Source: Octopus vulgaris | Lineage: Eukaryota | Reading direction: 5' to 3' | DNA: 64,000 bases | Assembly: GCA_951406725.2 (NCBI GenBank) | Contig: OX597823.1 | Coordinates: 15,500,001 to 15,564,000, forward strand | In this document: positions 24,231 to 38,751 of the stretch, piece by piece | Position numbering within the stretch: position 1 is the stretch's first letter | Layout of the letters: the number at the start of each line of letters is the position of its first letter | The notes under the pieces: model-generated | The model's database searches: none | What the model saw: the letters and a program-made list of their open reading frames with translations, nothing else | What the model was told of the DNA's origin: nothing | Position numbers and translations under genes: made by a program

Positions 24231-24327
24231 CATATAATCAATGTCATCCACACCAAAACGTTCTCGAAGGTTCCGAAATACCATAGGGCAGTATTCTTTG
24301 ACTTTAAAATGGCTTGGCATATTCTCC
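24231..24327 (-). CDS. PIP4K2: PIP4K2 coding exon: (K)[32 protein letters not shown]
   Basis: ttctag acceptor, gtgagt donor, 97 nt. Its phase-2 start completes the AA of exon 62423-62520. [16 protein letters not shown] motif. Not in the ORF track. Confidence 0.96.
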
Positions 24328-27300
24328 CTAGAAGTAAATGACACAGAGAATGAATATATATTTATATTCTATTTGTACATTCACACACATACACAAATGT
24401 GTATATATGAACAAAACAAAATTAAGTAAAAACAAAAAACAGTTTATGAAGCAATGTTTTTTTTTTATAAAAAAAATTTTTTTAATGTTTCTTTAAATGC
24501 CATAAAATAAGAATGGTCTCTGTAAAATTTGAGTGCAGCCATGGAACATTATTTACCTTTATTTCAGTAGCACCCAACACAGGATTTAAAACTCATTAAA
24601 AATAAAGAAAATAGAGATGTTTACATTATTTTTTAAACCATTAAGTATTAACGTGAAGAAATAGCTATAGTGCCCCGCAATGCTATAGTGAAATAAACAG
24701 CAGAGTAGGTAGTTAGATAACCATAATTATATCATAAAGCATAGTATATTGGTTGTTATATATGGAATTGTATTAGAAAGCCACACAAATTATTGAAATT
24801 TGTATATTATGTGGAAACTTGATTTTTTTAAAATTGCTATATTATTCAGAGATTATAATAATTATTGCATATTTATCAAAATATGCTATATTCAGAAGTG
24901 TTGCTTATGAGACTATGGGTTTAGCACAATTCACAGAAAATTTCTGACAAGGGTTGTGACGAGAACACTTGTCACTGTGGAATTATGCAAATAATAGTTA
25001 TATACAATTTACAATATTTTTTTATGAAATTAAAATAGATTTTTTTTTTCTGTCTCATTATATTGCTAAAATTAAGTTTATTTACCAGTCCACACACAAT
25101 TTTATATTTATATAAGGCCAGTTATGTAAAAGACAGGGTGAGTATATTTTCCTACAATTGGTCTTGGTATGTTCATTTTAAGTTATTTATTTTATCAATC
25201 CTCCATAGATGGAAAGCAAAATTGTTCCTGGTGGGATTTGAACTCAGAATGTAAAAAGATGGAATTAAAATATTATAAAACAATATAATTATTGCAAAGA
25301 TTAAGAGAAAAAAAAGAAAATAATCACCTGCTACATTTCTTTCAAATTTGAGAACTAATTTTCTTAGTTACTACCTAATCATGTAATAATACTAGTGCAC
25401 AAACTATTTGCATTAGTCTAGTATAAAACACACCATGCCAGAGAACCTTTGAATAGGTAAAGATTGGTGATCAGGATATATTAGAAAAAAAAAACTTGGA
25501 TTGGTATACGCTGCAGAAAGATTATTTTGTGTTATACAGTACCAAAAAGCAGATACGGATAGAGAAGAAGAGTTGGGTAGGAAACCAAACAAATAAGTTT
25601 CATAGTTTAAAACAAAGATATCACAATAGATATTATAATTATTCTATTTACTACCTATAGTAGTACTACTTCCTGCAAGGAAAATATTTGATTGATGTTT
25701 TAAACAACTTTCTTTTTTTTTTTAAATATTAACAATCAGCATTTATAGATGCTTCTATTTAATAAATTAATTTATTCCAAAGCCAAAAAAAAAGAAGAAA
25801 AAAATCCTTTATGTGCCATCAAATAACATCTGACTAAATACTCAGTAGAAACACTACAAATTAAGTTATAACAAGAAAAAATGATATCCTTAATTTTTAA
25901 AAATGGTGCAAGGAAGAAAAGTCTAAACCCCTCCCCCCTAGTGGGATTTGAAATAATAAGGCAGAGAATGTAAGATATTCAATCAACCTGATATTCTGTC
26001 ATTCGTCATTTTACCACTGACAGAAAAAAATGATAATTTAATAATAGGAAAAATATGTATAGAACTTACTAATAGGCATTATCGAAATACTACTGAAATG
26101 TTGAGTGAAATAAAGCCAAACTTTACCTCAGACACATTATAATGTGATATATTGTTGTCAAGACAAAGTTTGAAGGAAATTGAAGAGGAAAAAAGATTCA
26201 ATAATGCTGAAACTTTTTATATTCTAAGTTGAATATTTCCTTAGCCATTGTATTTCTTCTTGCAGGTCAATATCCATGAAATTAAATCCCTAAACTTAAC
26301 TGGTCTCAGAAGATATATACTTTTGCAGTTGACATCTTGTGAGTCATCTGAGGCTCAAGAAAAGATGTCAATGGTCAAAGCATATATCTTCTCAGTCCAG
26401 TCAACTTTAAGGAGTCCTGCTCATGGACATTAGCCCGGGAGAAGAAATGCAACAACTAAACATTCAGCTAAGAACATCACTATTGAAATTTATTTTTCTT
26501 TTCTTTTCAAAACTTTGAGAAAAACAATTCTCCACCAATAAATATATCAGTTTATGTTGTAGAAAACAAAGTTATATTTCTAGGTTTTATTATTTCATTC
26601 TTAGCTGTCATAATATTTTGAGGGTCTGATAAGATAACCTTCTCAGAATATGGTTTTGGCATTAACTCTTACATGGAAAATATTCCCCAACTTGAAGCCG
26701 CAAAAGATTTTTTTTTTTCTTATCTGATATCTTGAGATGGTTTTACATAAAGTACTTTCTTTCAGCTATTACATCAGTACAAACTAAATATTCTAGAACA
26801 AATAAGCACCAAAGCAAATTATGGTAGTAAGGATACAACAAAGATATAAGGAACATACTGAAATTATGTTATAGTGGTGTACCAAACAAAAACTTTTCAC
26901 AAGAACCCATGCACTTTGGTTTAAAATAAAAGCAGATTGGTGCACTAAAACTAAAGAAATTCACACAATTTTCAAAATCATCACTATGAAAATTTTGTTT
27001 GAAACAACTATTAATACTATTTTATTATGATTTTTTTTTTAACCATGGCACAATATCTCCAGTTTACAGGAGAAATTTTAATCACTTGACATCTCGTATC
27101 CATTTAACTGACCCCAGAAAGATGAAATGCAAAAATCAAAGGTATGAGGCAAACTTTGAACTCAAACCAAAAGAAAACAAAATTAATAATGAAAAAGTAT
27201 TTAGTCCTATGTTTTTTTCCATTTCTGCTACAACACTAATTACTATTGATTCTGTTTTACCTTATTTTCCTTGTTTCCTATCAATGCAATTTTGCTGACA

Positions 27301-28406
27301 ATTAGGCTATGATCATAAATTTCAATATTACATAGACTTCAGATCTTAAATACCAAAAACAAATCTGATATACTATTGATGTGTATGCATCCATCTATAC
27401 TATAATGTACCTATAAAACAATAAAATATTCTTACTATTTACCCAACATAAATTGCCCATATATACACGTATATCTTTTTAAGGCAGATGAATTATTGCA
27501 ATATAACAGAACTTTATCAAACATAAATATTAGAAAAACAAACAACATGAAATACCAACACAAGGTGCAGTGCATAAAGCTGTGCATGGTCAGAACTACT
27601 AACAGTTTTAAACCAACAGAAGAAGTAAAGTTTTCATCAAACAGATAATAAGTATAAATGGCTCGAAAAGAATAGAATTCAGCTCAAATTTCAGTAGTGT
27701 TGAACAAATGAGAGATACATGCTTTCAGAGATGAGACAGCTGTCTATTACAGGTGACATTCCTAGATGATACTTTGGAATAGATTCCTGATAATAGGGAT
27801 GAGCTGGTTTAAGAAAACAGTATGGGCATATAATGGCTTTGAATTTATGACACGAGTCAACTGTCTCACAACATTGTCCACTTTTTCAATCTACCTTTAC
27901 TATCAACTAGAACCCAACAAACTATTGAGAGCCTTTACACAAACATTTGAAGCACTAGAAATAGTAGCTATATCTACCACAAACCTTACTCCACAAGCTT
28001 TAAAAAAAACTAAAACACATTATATGATGTATTTCTAGATACTAGAAAAATGGGTGGAATGGTCAAAATCCAAATGCTTTTGATAATATATTTGCTTGAT
28101 CAAAATTTATCCTGGACTAAACAACAACGGCAATGAAACAATGTTGTGCAAACCTGCTAGAAGTAGAAGTAAATCTCATTCAAATCAAAACCACCGTCTT
28201 AGATAATGTAGTCTTAGGTGTACCTTTAAAAAGACTGCATGGTTGGAACTGCAGTGCCTTTGATCAGAGATCAACTCAATGGGAGTTGACTTGGGGTTAA
28301 ACTATGATTTGAAATGAGATGTACATCTCGAATGGTTTTTCCATTAGATAATGACTAACAATAACACTCCAGGGATTTGAAAATTATTAACAAAATATGC
28401 AGAACC

Positions 28407-28408
<2 letters not shown>

Positions 28409-28468
<60 letters not shown>
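28409..28468. repeat. (TG)n(CG)n microsatellite
   Basis: Seen directly in the sequence. Confidence 0.95.
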
Positions 28469-28469
<1 letters not shown>

Positions 28470-30062
28470 TGCACATTTGCGGAGAGAGGAACCATTTTAA
28501 TGTATGTATGTACAAAGCTAAATATACTTTGTATGTGTGTGTGTGCATGTGAAATCTCAAATGAGTAGTATGTATGCGTATGTTTGAAAGCAAGAATAAG
28601 TAGAGTTAGAGAGTCGATGTGGGATGGGTCACAAATACATGGATTGTAAGTAAGAATTATTTAGAGTAACAGTGTCATAATGATTGACAAGATTAAAACA
28701 CTTGAGTTGTAAACAGGAAGAAAAAATTTCCCAGAAGAGATGACTACATGAAACCCAGCAAACACATCATATTACAAATAACAACAATTAATATCTAATG
28801 CAAACCAACTTCACACGTTCATTTCTGCATAATGTCAGTAAAGCCAGGTCTATCCTTAAGTGCGTCTGTGTGTATATACACGTCCACAAGCATGCACACA
28901 CATTCTTAAATATACATATACTCGTCAAATGTCTTCAATAACTAACTCTCTACAAGAATCTACACTGATCTTTGGAAACATGCTAGAGTGTTCCATTCTC
29001 AAGAAAGGCAATCCCTCTGACCCTGTCAAATGATGGAGACAGACATCTAATAACAACATACTCTAATACCTATCCTTATGTTAGTACAGTTCCCATAATG
29101 TCAGACCAATTAGAGACCTACTTTCCTGTGATACACACCATGGGTTCACACATCAGGGAAATTCTGTGAAAAAAATACCATCCTTGGCAATTTCCAACTA
29201 TAACGAGCATGTGAATAACCAATCAAAGTTTCCACCCAATGGGCTCCATCTGGCCTTCATCTACTTGATAAGTAGTTTACTATCAGATCATACTATCACA
29301 TGAGCTGACAGCTATTTCTGTCCCATTCAGTCAATTCCAATATCAGTCAATTCCACATCTAGTTTTGCACTCTACCCTCTTCCTTTTGGATATTAATGAC
29401 TTACTTGCTTTCATATCCAACACACAAATTAATCAACCTTTCATTGCTCTCTAACCTTCCTTAGTTATCTAGACATGTAATCTAGACGCCACACACCAAA
29501 ACTGCAACAATTCCACGATCGGTGACCCCAAAAACATCCTCCTGGGATATCATGCCAGTCTTGTCTCTTTCATCAACATAATATTATAATAATAATAATA
29601 ATAATCTTTTCTACTAAAGGCACAAGGCTTGAAATTTGTGAGGAGAGGATAAGTCAATCACATCGACCCAAGTACTTGACATATTTTAAAGGATGAAAGG
29701 CAAAGTCGACCATGGCAGAATTTGAACACAGAATACTTGGACAAATGAAGTGCCACCAAGCATTTTGCTTGGCTTGATAACACAAGGCCTTAATATCTTT
29801 CCTGCCAAAAGAACATGCTAAAACATGACTAGGACTGCAGCTTAAAGACTAGCCCTTTTCAGGAGCACAAAAAACTTCAGCCTCTAATAATACTGACATT
29901 TTACAAAGCTCAGCTGAGGCCTGCAATGGAGTCACCGCTCCCAATTCTGATGCAGTGTTGCTGCTGCACACAGATATCCTAAACAGCATCCAGAGAAAGC
30001 CACTTTGCTGATTAGCATAAAATCACTCAGATACATTGCAGCCTCTGGCCCACAGCTCACAA

Positions 30063-30480
30063 GTCTATCTATCTATCCGCTCAGTCGAAGTCAACTCTTG
30101 GTTACTCGTTGGATCAGTGTCTTCCAGTCAGTTCTATCCTGGGCCGCTTCTTTTAGACTGGCTATGTCGATTCCAGTATCACTCTTGATGGTGTCAAGCC
30201 AGCGGGTTCTTGGTCAGCCTCTTCCTCTCTTGCCACTGACCGTTCCGAGCATGATGTCCTTCTCCAGGGATTTTCTCCGCATAATATGACCGAAATATGC
30301 CAATCTATGCTTGGTGATCCTAGCTTCTAGCGACATTTTCAGCCTGATCTGCTTAAGAACTTCTCCATTGGTGAACCTCGCTGTCCATGGAATCCGTAAA
30401 AGTCTTCTCCAACAACAAAGCTCGAATGCTTTAATTCTCTTCTGGTCAGCTTTCTTTAGTGTCCAGGTCTTGCAAGTATG
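30063..30480 (-). pseudogene. 3' end of an RTE/BovB-like LINE
   Basis: TWTLKKADQKRIKAFELCCWRRLLRIPWTARFTN...RLAYFGHIMRRKSLEKDIMLGTVSGKRGRG, followed by a short 3' UTR and a (GATA)n tail. Confidence 0.85.
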
Positions 30481-30797
30481 TTTCATTCTTCTGCTTTCTC
30501 TACTGCTATTGTAATGACTTCAGTTTCTTGATGCTGGCTGTTTTTATGCTACCTCTTCTGAGATGCCACCAACTTACTCTTCTGTCCTCCTCCTCATATT
30601 AACCACATTGTGTCCAACGACTATATATAAATACAAACAATCAAACCACATTCTGCATTTGTTTCCTTTTTTTCAGGGTGATATTTTGAAAAGATGTCCC
30701 ATAACTTTTAAATGGTAATAAATTATTTACCTTTAATAGTACAAAGAAATCTCAAGAACTATTATGAAAAAATGTTACCATGATTTCAACAGCTGAA

Positions 30798-31287
30798 TCA
30801 TCATCATCATCATCATCATCATTTAGCGTCCGTTCTCCATGCTAGCATGGGTTGGACGGTTCAACTGGGGTCTGTGAAGCTGGAAGGCTTCATCAGGCCC
30901 AGTCAGATCTGGCAGTGTTTCTACGGCTGGATGCCCTTCCTAACGCCAACCACTCCGTGAGTGTAGTGGGTGCTTTTTACGTGCCACCTGCACAGGTGCC
31001 AGACAGAGCTGGCAAACGGCCATGAACGGATGGTGCTTTTACGTGTCACCGGCACGGGGCCAGGCGAGGCTGGCAACGGACACGAACGGATGGTGCTTTT
31101 ACGTGCCACCAACACGGGGGCCAGACAGAGCTGGCAAACGGTCACGAAACGGATGGTGCTTTTACGTGTCACCGGCATGGGGGCTAGGCGAGGCTGGCAA
31201 CGGGCACGAACGGATGGTGCTTTTACATGCCACCGACACGGGGGCCAGACAGGGCTGGCAAACGGCCACAAACGGATGGTGCTTTTA
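30798..31287 (-). mobile_element. Retroposon family C copy with five alternating monomers
   Basis: (CAT)n, then the body, then five ~61-63-nt units. Confidence 0.88.
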
Positions 31288-33457
31288 GGAATGTCCTTAA
31301 TAATACCAATTACTTTACAGAGTGTGCTGGGTACATTTTATTGTTACATGAGCAGTATAGTGCAGTGAGCAGAAAAGAGGGTCAGTAGATTGGACAAATT
31401 CTTAACAACCCCTAGTTAGATGGGCAGGAGAGTAAAGAAAATAGGAGAAACTCATTACTGTCCATAGCTATATGTTTAGCATTGTTCAGAGAAGAGGTGA
31501 TACAGTAGAGAGAACATAAATAACAGAGAAACATGAATGCAAGTGAGATGACAGAGAGATAGGTGACAGTCTATCAAAGAGGCAGTGAGAAGCAAAATGA
31601 GGTTTAATGAAGATGTATAAGATGAAAGACTCAAATATAGATGTATATACTTTCCTGCCTCTTTCACTGCCATCATTTCAACATACATTACATCTTGCAT
31701 GACATGTCACTAGTTGTTGCAGTTGTTTGACACCTTTTTTTTGTGAAGCTCAACATCCTGAGCTCAGTTTTCACCACATCATCCCAAATCTTTTACAAGT
31801 CGCATCGATTTTGTGTGCCTTTACAATGCTTTGAGCAGCTGTCAACCTCCATATGCATCACATGCCCACACCAACATAATTTATAACAGAGCACAATACC
31901 AAACATTTGGAGGAAGAAGAAGCCAATTAAATTGACCCAAGTATTTTGACTGGTACTTTATTCTAACAACCTTGAAAAGATAAAATACAAAGCTGACCAT
32001 AGCAGGATTTGAACTTTAGATATAAGGAGCAAGAACTAATACCACAAGAAATTTTATTCAATGCTCTAAATGATTCTGCCAGTCCAGCACCCTAATAATA
32101 ATAACAATTTCTAATACTGATACAAGGTCATGAATTCTAAAAGAAGGAATACTTGATTAAATCAGCCCCTGAAGAAGAAATTCTTAAGAAAATATGTCTA
32201 CTCTTCTACATGTGCAAACATGGCTGCTTCACTTCCTAACCACAAACTTTTAGGTTCAATCCCAATGCACAGCACCTTGGGCAAGTGTGTCCAACCATAG
32301 CCTCAAGCTAACCAAAATCTTCTGAGGGAAATTAGGTAGACAGCAGCTGCATGAAAACCCATCAGTGGGACTAATCCTGCTTTTAGTTGGTAGAGTTAAT
32401 CTATCATCCAGTTTTACACCACTACCAGGTCCTTGAATGTTTTTGGCAAGCATTCAGGCTAGGCCACCTTCCTCCTACCAGCCACAGAGACCCTGAAAAG
32501 AGTAATGAACAATATTCCCTTTAACATTTGCATGTGTGCTTTAACATGTTTTGCAGCCAGTGCACAAAAGGTCAGTTGAATAAAATAATGTAGTAGTTAC
32601 TAATTATACTAGTTAAGCATTTGCTGCTTATATATTTTCACTGCAAGACAAAAAAAAATATTGCACAACATATCTTTGCACCCATTGACTACAAAAACTG
32701 AGAAGGAATATTGGCCATGGGCACTGCTCTTCCTACTCTGACAAAACTATTTTTTAAAAATAATGGCACATGAAGAGTAGAAGATGATCCAAATATTTCT
32801 TTTCAAATTATGTAAGTGGAGCAATACACTATGTGTTGATAATAAATTTCACAGAGAACTATGAACATCTTACACATTACATTAATGTAATGTAGATAAA
32901 AGAATCACTACAGTTATTCTCTTTACATCTTCCTAAATGAGACAATTTGTAAAACTGTTTGTGTTTATACTAGTACTCAGTTTCATATTTTGAAATTCTT
33001 GTGATCACATAAGATTACCTCACTAGGATGTACACACGAATGCTGTGAGTCACTGGCCAAGAGAATTCATTACCAATGGAGCCAGACAACTTCTTGATGC
33101 TGTCTATTACATATGTTAAAGGATTTTGTAACCAACTCATAAAAGATGGTTCCATTTTGGGGCCTTTTCCTTTAAACAAACAACATCTGGACTGTGTTAC
33201 CACACTGATCAGAATCTTATGAGGAAATTTCCAGATAAATGTTTAATAAACTTCAAAAGTGGGGAATATAAACATAGCTCACTAAATTACTTAATTGGGA
33301 ATAAGAGGTAATTCATTCTGTTACCTATCAAAGCCATATTTCTGACTTGTTTCATTGGTGGTGTTTTTGCTCTCTAGAGCTTGGTGAGGGCACCAAGGTT
33401 ATAACTTGAATAAAGTTTGGAAATGAATATACTAAATCGACTGGCCTCCATGCTGTG

Positions 33458-33827
33458 GGCACGTAACAAACACCATCCGATCGTGGCCGTTCGCCAGCCT
33501 CGTCTGGCACCTGTGTCGGTGGCACATAAAAAACACCATCCAAGCGTGGCCATCTGCCAGCCTCGTCTGGCACCTGTGTCGGTGGCACATAAAAAACACC
33601 ATCCGAGCGTGGCCGTTCGCCAGCCTCGTCTGGCACCTGTGTCGGTGGCACATAAAATCACTCACTACACTCTCGGAGTGGTTGGCGTTAGGAAGGGCAT
33701 CCAGCTGTAGAAACATTGCCAGATCTGACTGGCTTGGTGCAGCCTTCGGGCTCCCCAGACCCCAGTTGAACCGTCCAACCCATGCTAGCATGGAAAGCGG
33801 ACGTTAAACGATGATGATGATGATGAT
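33458..33827 (+). mobile_element. Retroposon family C copy with three homogeneous monomers
   Basis: Three near-identical units, then the body and (ATG)n. Confidence 0.88.
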
Positions 33828-34372
33828 TATAGTGGAAAGTAAATAAAATTTGGTACCTAAGTATTTTTGAAACTCTCTCTGTCTACAGTGACCAAGGACA
33901 GTTTACATTTAATGTAGTTCTTAAAATCTAAACAAACCAACGCAGAAAACACTGGCTCTGGTTGAGCACACTTGCAATCAATGATATTACAGCTATGACC
34001 ATCCAGATTCCCCACTTACACCAGACATATTTCTAGCACTAAAGGCTGTAATGTGATTTGAAAGGTATTTGCCTGTTATTTCTAGCAGACTAACTGCTCA
34101 CATAGAAGTTCTTTCCCAGCATGTTCTATATATAGTTGTACTACCACATAGTATCAAAGACATAGAGGCAGATCATAACATCTCATCATGTAATATTAAT
34201 ATAATCTTAGTTCAGAGATAACAATAACAATATTTAATATTAGGATTTTAAAATCTTGCACTTTTCATATTTGATAACTGACCTGCCCTTATCATAAGCA
34301 CAATGACAGCTTTTGTAAGCCACTCTTTAAATGAATTTCCCTTGTAGTTATAATATGTAAACTTTTTGAAAG

Positions 34373-34530
34373 CGACGAGCTGGCAGAAACGTCAGATTCC
34401 GCCAAGGTCGACTTTGCCTTTCATCCTTTCGGGGTCGATAAATTAAGTACCAATTACGCACTGGGATCAATATAATCGACTTAATCCCTTTGTCTGTCCT
34501 TGTTTGTCACCTTGTGGGTAGTAAAGAAAT
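34373..34530 (+). mobile_element. Internally deleted SINE family B copy
   Basis: GCGACGAGCTGGCAGAAACG is joined directly to ATTCCGCCAAGGTCGACTTTGCC. Confidence 0.75.
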
Positions 34531-36230
34531 ATATAATATATAAACTTTTTACACTTGTTAATTTAGGCTTTCAAAGTGAGTTTTTTTTTTTTTTTTTGTT
34601 CATACAGTTGATAAATGCCAAAGTTATGGAGAGAAGAAAAAAAATCAAATGCAAAATTTTTTTCTCCAATTATAATAATTCAGTTTTATGTCCATTAAAA
34701 TAAACTTTGAAGAAACTCAAAATTTAAACTTCTTTTATGTATCACACATAAAAAAAATATGTGGTGTTAAATAAAAGAAACAAAAAATGTACTTGAGATA
34801 GTCTATATAGCAAGAGAATACAGGCAGGTAAAGCTAAAAATACATTAATAAAATTAATTCACCACCACCATCATACCTTTGTTGGAACATAAATTATATC
34901 TACAGCATATACCATATAACTTTGATAACTTTTGATAGGTTTTGGCCAGTATAGGCACAGGCCATGTCTAACTTAATAGCATCAAAAAAAAAAAACTAGG
35001 AAGATAAATATCTAATAAAAAAAAATTACAAATCAAACTATGCTGATATAGTTTCCTTAAGCTGCAGGTAATAAATCTGCTTCATCACCTCTGCCATCTC
35101 ATTCAGATAGCAAATAAAACAGAAATTTCCTCATTAGTTTAAAATAAATAAGTAAATAAATAAATAAAGATTGTTTCCTAAACACTTCAAAATGTCAACG
35201 ACAACAGACATCTGCAACGTATCAAAATTCTACAACCAGGAAAATGAGATGCAATTTCACACACACACACATACACATGCACACACGCGCACATGCACAC
35301 ACGCATGCACACACACACACACACACACATACACATACACACACCACTCCAGCTTCTCTTTCAGCAAACTATTTTGGTTTCCTTAAATCCTGAAAACAAA
35401 AGCCACAGATTCTCAAATGAGTTATATTGCAAAGTATCTCCTGACAAATTATTTTAGCTTCTTTTTTGTTTTTTTTTCAATTCCTGAAAACAATAAGAAA
35501 ATCAAGGATACCCTTTATTACCCATGTTACTTTCTATTTATGAATTTCTTTTGAATTTACTTGTTTCCATGTCGCTTCTCTCATTACTTAGACGAGACAT
35601 GGAGAAATCATTTACTCTGTACTCCCTAAAGTCAAAATCAACTCAGTATTGTTTCCTGTCATCATTAACAATCTGTTCCACAATTATTACCTTACAAAGT
35701 TTGCTAGCCCCTCTCGGAAACATAAATCTGAACCCATTTTATAGGCATATGCAGAATCATTTGACATTGTTATCGACACCTTGAATCTCCATAACAACAT
35801 AGTTTTTCTTAGCAAATGAAACTATTTTTAACTCTTTCAAATCTGCAATGCTGTTCATACATTATAGTTTCTATTTCAGTTATAGCTGCAATGTATACTA
35901 GTAAAATACCGAATAAATAATTTGGGGCAAAAAAATTCCAGCTTTCACCAAGACTGATAAATATAATTAATACAGTAAACATCAATTATATTTCAAATGC
36001 AACAGTATTTATATATTTATTTTCCCAAAGTAGGAACACAGGGTTTGGATCCAATTTAAGAGGGGAGAACAGATGATGTTTATTCTATTTTATACTAATT
36101 AATAATAATAATACTATCAACTTCTGTATACTTATGATTTATTTACACTGTTACACTGAGTAATAAGTATTTTAATCACACATTTTACATTGCATATGAT
36201 GATGATACAAAAACACATAGATAACACATA

Positions 36231-36631
36231 GGCACAGGAGTGGCTGTGTGGTAAGTAGCTTGTTTACCAACCACATGGTTCCGGGTTCAGTCCCACTGTG
36301 TGGCACCTTGGGCAAGTGTCTTCTACTATAGCCTCGGGCCGACCAAAGCCTTGTGAGTGGATTTGGTAGATGGAAACTGAAAGAAGCCTGTCGTATATAT
36401 GTATGTATATATATGTATGTGTTTGTGTGCCTGTGTTTGTCTCTCTAGCATTGCTTGACAACTGATGCTGATGTGTTTACGTCCCCGTCACTTAGCGGTT
36501 CGGCAAAAGAGACCGATAGAATAAGTACTGGGCTTACAAAGAATAAGTCCCGGGGTCGATTTGCTCGACTAAAGGTGGTGCTCCAGCATGGCCGCAGTCA
36601 AATGACTGAAACGAGTAAAAGAGTAAAAGAG
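36231..36631 (+). mobile_element. SINE family A, full length
   Basis: Sequence matches the other copies. Confidence 0.88.
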
Positions 36632-37282
36632 TATATGCAATCATATATACCTAACCTTCACACACATCTACATAGGTAAGCATATAGACACACATACACA
36701 CAAAGATTAAAACAAACACACACACTCACATCAGTTTTTTTAAACTAATCTTATTTACATATTGCTTGCCATAATCTAATTTAAATATTTCAAATTTCAT
36801 TCATTTTGTTAACAAGCTACTTTCCCCACCAAGTTGGTTCCCCCACACCACTTAAATACTCCTATATTCTTTTACCAAATATTTTTATATTTTACCGAAA
36901 ATTCCATTACGCCATTCAGTGTTATTACAAAGAAGTCAATCAAATAAATATGAAGGACAATTCTACAAAAATGGCAAACAAGTGCAACTAAAGTTCTGTA
37001 ATTAGCAATACTTAAAATAGCCAATTAACAAGTAAATTTAGATGTGACTTTTACTACTGATGTATTATTTATCACAAAACACAATCACTATTAGCTGTCT
37101 TGTAGCTGAAATTAAAAAAAGTAACTTGTTCTCATTGTTTTCTGCCCACAGATCAACAGTCTTTTCAAGTAGCAAACTTTTCTACATTCTGTCCTTCACT
37201 TATGTATCTTGTCAATGAGTATTTGTGGTCACTATTTCCATACTTTTTTTTTTAAGATTCAATGTGACAGTGTTAAAAAGTT

Positions 37283-37430
37283 CTGTGTGGCCAAGTGGTT
37301 AAGGTATTAGGCTCCTGTTCTTAAGGTCATGGGTTCAACTCTTGGCTTCTGGTAGCATATTCATAAGTAAGGTACTGCATTTCATATTGTTCTTGTCTAC
37401 TCAGCTGAAAATGAATATCAGTCAACTTAC
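37283..37430 (+). mobile_element. Old tRNA-derived SINE fragment
   Basis: TGGCCAAGTGGTTAAGG...GGGTTCAACTC A/B-box-like head without a complete cloverleaf. Confidence 0.5.
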
Positions 37431-38751
37431 TGGTGGTGCAAATCCTTCCAGCAGTCAAATCATCAATGTTCTGCTGGGTCAAGAGTAGAAGAGTCAAGAG
37501 GGTTTCTGCTTCTTTGAATCCAAGTTACTCCCACTCTGCAACAATTTTAAAATCTTCTCAGTTCAGCAAAGATGTCAACTTAGTTTCTTTGCCTTTGTTA
37601 ATATGCTTGTAAGCATACACAAAAACAAGGATAGGCCAGTATAAATTATAAGGTACTGCCATACTCTCCCTTAATCCCCAAAAATATTTCAAAAATCAAA
37701 AGTCCTGTAGTAAATTTCATGTTTGGGTTAAACACATGTGTGAAGAATATCTTGTCTTAAAAAGTCCATTTGCTTTCCTTCATTGTAAGTCTGTGATTGA
37801 GAGTCACTGTTCAATTCTACTTTGGCAGAGTATACTAAATAGAAAAAAAACCTTAATTATTGAGATTTTGAGAATCAGAAAGATTAAACTCAAAGCAATA
37901 ATATTTGAATCTTTAGCTTCATAATTATGACTCAATAATCAGCATTAAGTAATCATTTTACCTTCTTAATACTGAAGATTTTGTAGTTAACTGCTCTCCC
38001 TCTCTCTTTCTCACACACACACACGTGTATAATTTCAAGTGTAGGAACAGGGAAAACTCCAACACCTTGTACTGTTTCATCTAGAGACTGTGGGGGATAG
38101 AAATGATTTCTCTAACATCATATGGATCATCCTTGACAGGGGTCTTCCTTACTTACCTTGAGTTTGTAATTGCGAAATTCTGCCACAGTCAGAAATTGCA
38201 CATACTCAACTAGCTTGAAGTATCGCAACTGACCTAATCTGTTATTATCAGAAGAATACCTTCTTCGGGAGTTTCAAGTCACTAACCAATGGTAAGTTGA
38301 ATAGAGTACCCCAGGCCCAGCTGGGCCATGCACAATGGCAGGGTGAGTAATTCCTGCTACCTGTAAAGGCCATTTTGGTCATGCAAACTCATACATAACC
38401 TGACACCATCAAATTGGTTACTTCCCCACTTGATAACTGTTGTCCACACTCTACAAAGTGCTGACTGATGCAAACATCTTGCCTGCTCTACTAAGTGAAG
38501 CATCTAATGTAAAAACTGAATTATCACATCCAGCAGAATGTTGTCTGACACCAACATCCTTGCTGCTCTACCACTCGAGGAATCCCACTAAGATAGTTAA
38601 AACACCTGTGGGACCCGAACTGACCAAATGGAGGCTCTCCTCAACAAGCCATTTTAAATTCTTTTTGACACCAACGAAGCATAGACAAATGTAGATATAG
38701 CCAAACACTCACACACACAGGCAAATACACAAGCATACAAACAAACACAAA

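Noticed and set aside
26248-26433. Plus-strand ORF after an acceptor-like ttcttcttgcag (nested antisense gene?)
   Set aside because: No recognisable protein and no partner exons; expected by chance.
30965-31287. CRISPR-like appearance of the family C arrays (palindromic repeat plus spacers)
   Set aside because: The spacers are homologous to each other, there are no cas genes, the context is a eukaryotic intron, and the arrays are attached to a retroposon body and tail.
38156-38235. Possible extra PIP4K2 exon ending at a strong AAG/gtaagt donor on the minus strand
   Set aside because: There is no polypyrimidine acceptor or PIP-kinase similarity, and exons 62423-62520 and 24231-24327 already join without a gap.
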